Notes under the pieces: model-generated
The model's input: the letters and a program-made list of their open reading frames with translations, nothing else
Told to the model about the DNA's origin: nothing
Database searches by the model: none
IMG/VR virus record: IMGVR_UViG_3300043344_000001
Coordinates: 1 to 44,277 of that record
From: a virus
Lineage: Duplodnaviria; Caudoviricetes
Direction: 5' to 3' (one strand)
DNA length: 44,277 nucleotides
Program-made: the position numbers and the translations under genes
Part shown: in pieces, positions 44,197 through 44,277 of the stretch
Numbering within the stretch: the stretch's first letter is position 1
Layout: every line of letters begins with the position of its first letter

Positions 44197-44277
44197 TGTT
44201 GGACTCCTTCTCGGTACTTCGAGGTGGGTTTAAACCAGAAAGTTTAAGGGAAAAATCCCTCCGGGGCTATTTTTAGG

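Noticed and set aside
1-44277. Integrase, repressor, attP, tRNA, intein or intron
   Set aside because: None recognised by eye; terminase, helicase and polymerase ORFs are uninterrupted. tRNAscan-SE or ARAGORN would be needed to exclude tRNAs formally

Overview
The window looks like an essentially complete ~44.3 kb genome of a lytic, long-tailed (siphovirus-type) actinobacteriophage. Every credible gene is on the minus strand. Read from the right end, the order is: head decoration protein, terminase small subunit, HNH nuclease, endolysin, head-tail connector and virion proteins, terminase large subunit, portal, protease-capsid fusion, three tail-tube paralogs, tail fibre, tape measure, Dit/Tal-like and Fn3 baseplate proteins, holins, an accessory block of small promoter-gene-terminator cassettes, DUF6353-type genes, a 1261-aa helicase/primase/family-B polymerase fusion, SSB, candidate anti-defence sponge genes, SF2 helicase, a nested palindromic AT-rich putative origin, NUMOD4/HNH, VRR-Nuc, a Cas4-like nuclease and an 889-aa protein. 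The gene content recalls, from memory, the ReqiPepy6/Arthrobacter AM-AU/Streptomyces BI-like group. No integrase, repressor, tRNA or CRISPR array was seen. The main candidate novel system has three parts: (i) the 889-aa protein carries, in order, the motifs of two-barrel QDE-1/YonO-like RNA polymerases (DG, QVR..KG, RYP, GADFDGD, IDAEK) plus terminal HTH domains; (ii) seven copies of a strictly spaced non-canonical promoter TCGCR-N6-AC-N6-YWTAATGAGA drive small gene cassettes and one ORF-less small RNA; (iii) an N-terminal LAH motif shared by the polymerase and a late protein, with similar His motifs in the capsid precursor linker, suggests capsid packaging. All functional calls come from motif recognition by eye; no database searches were run.
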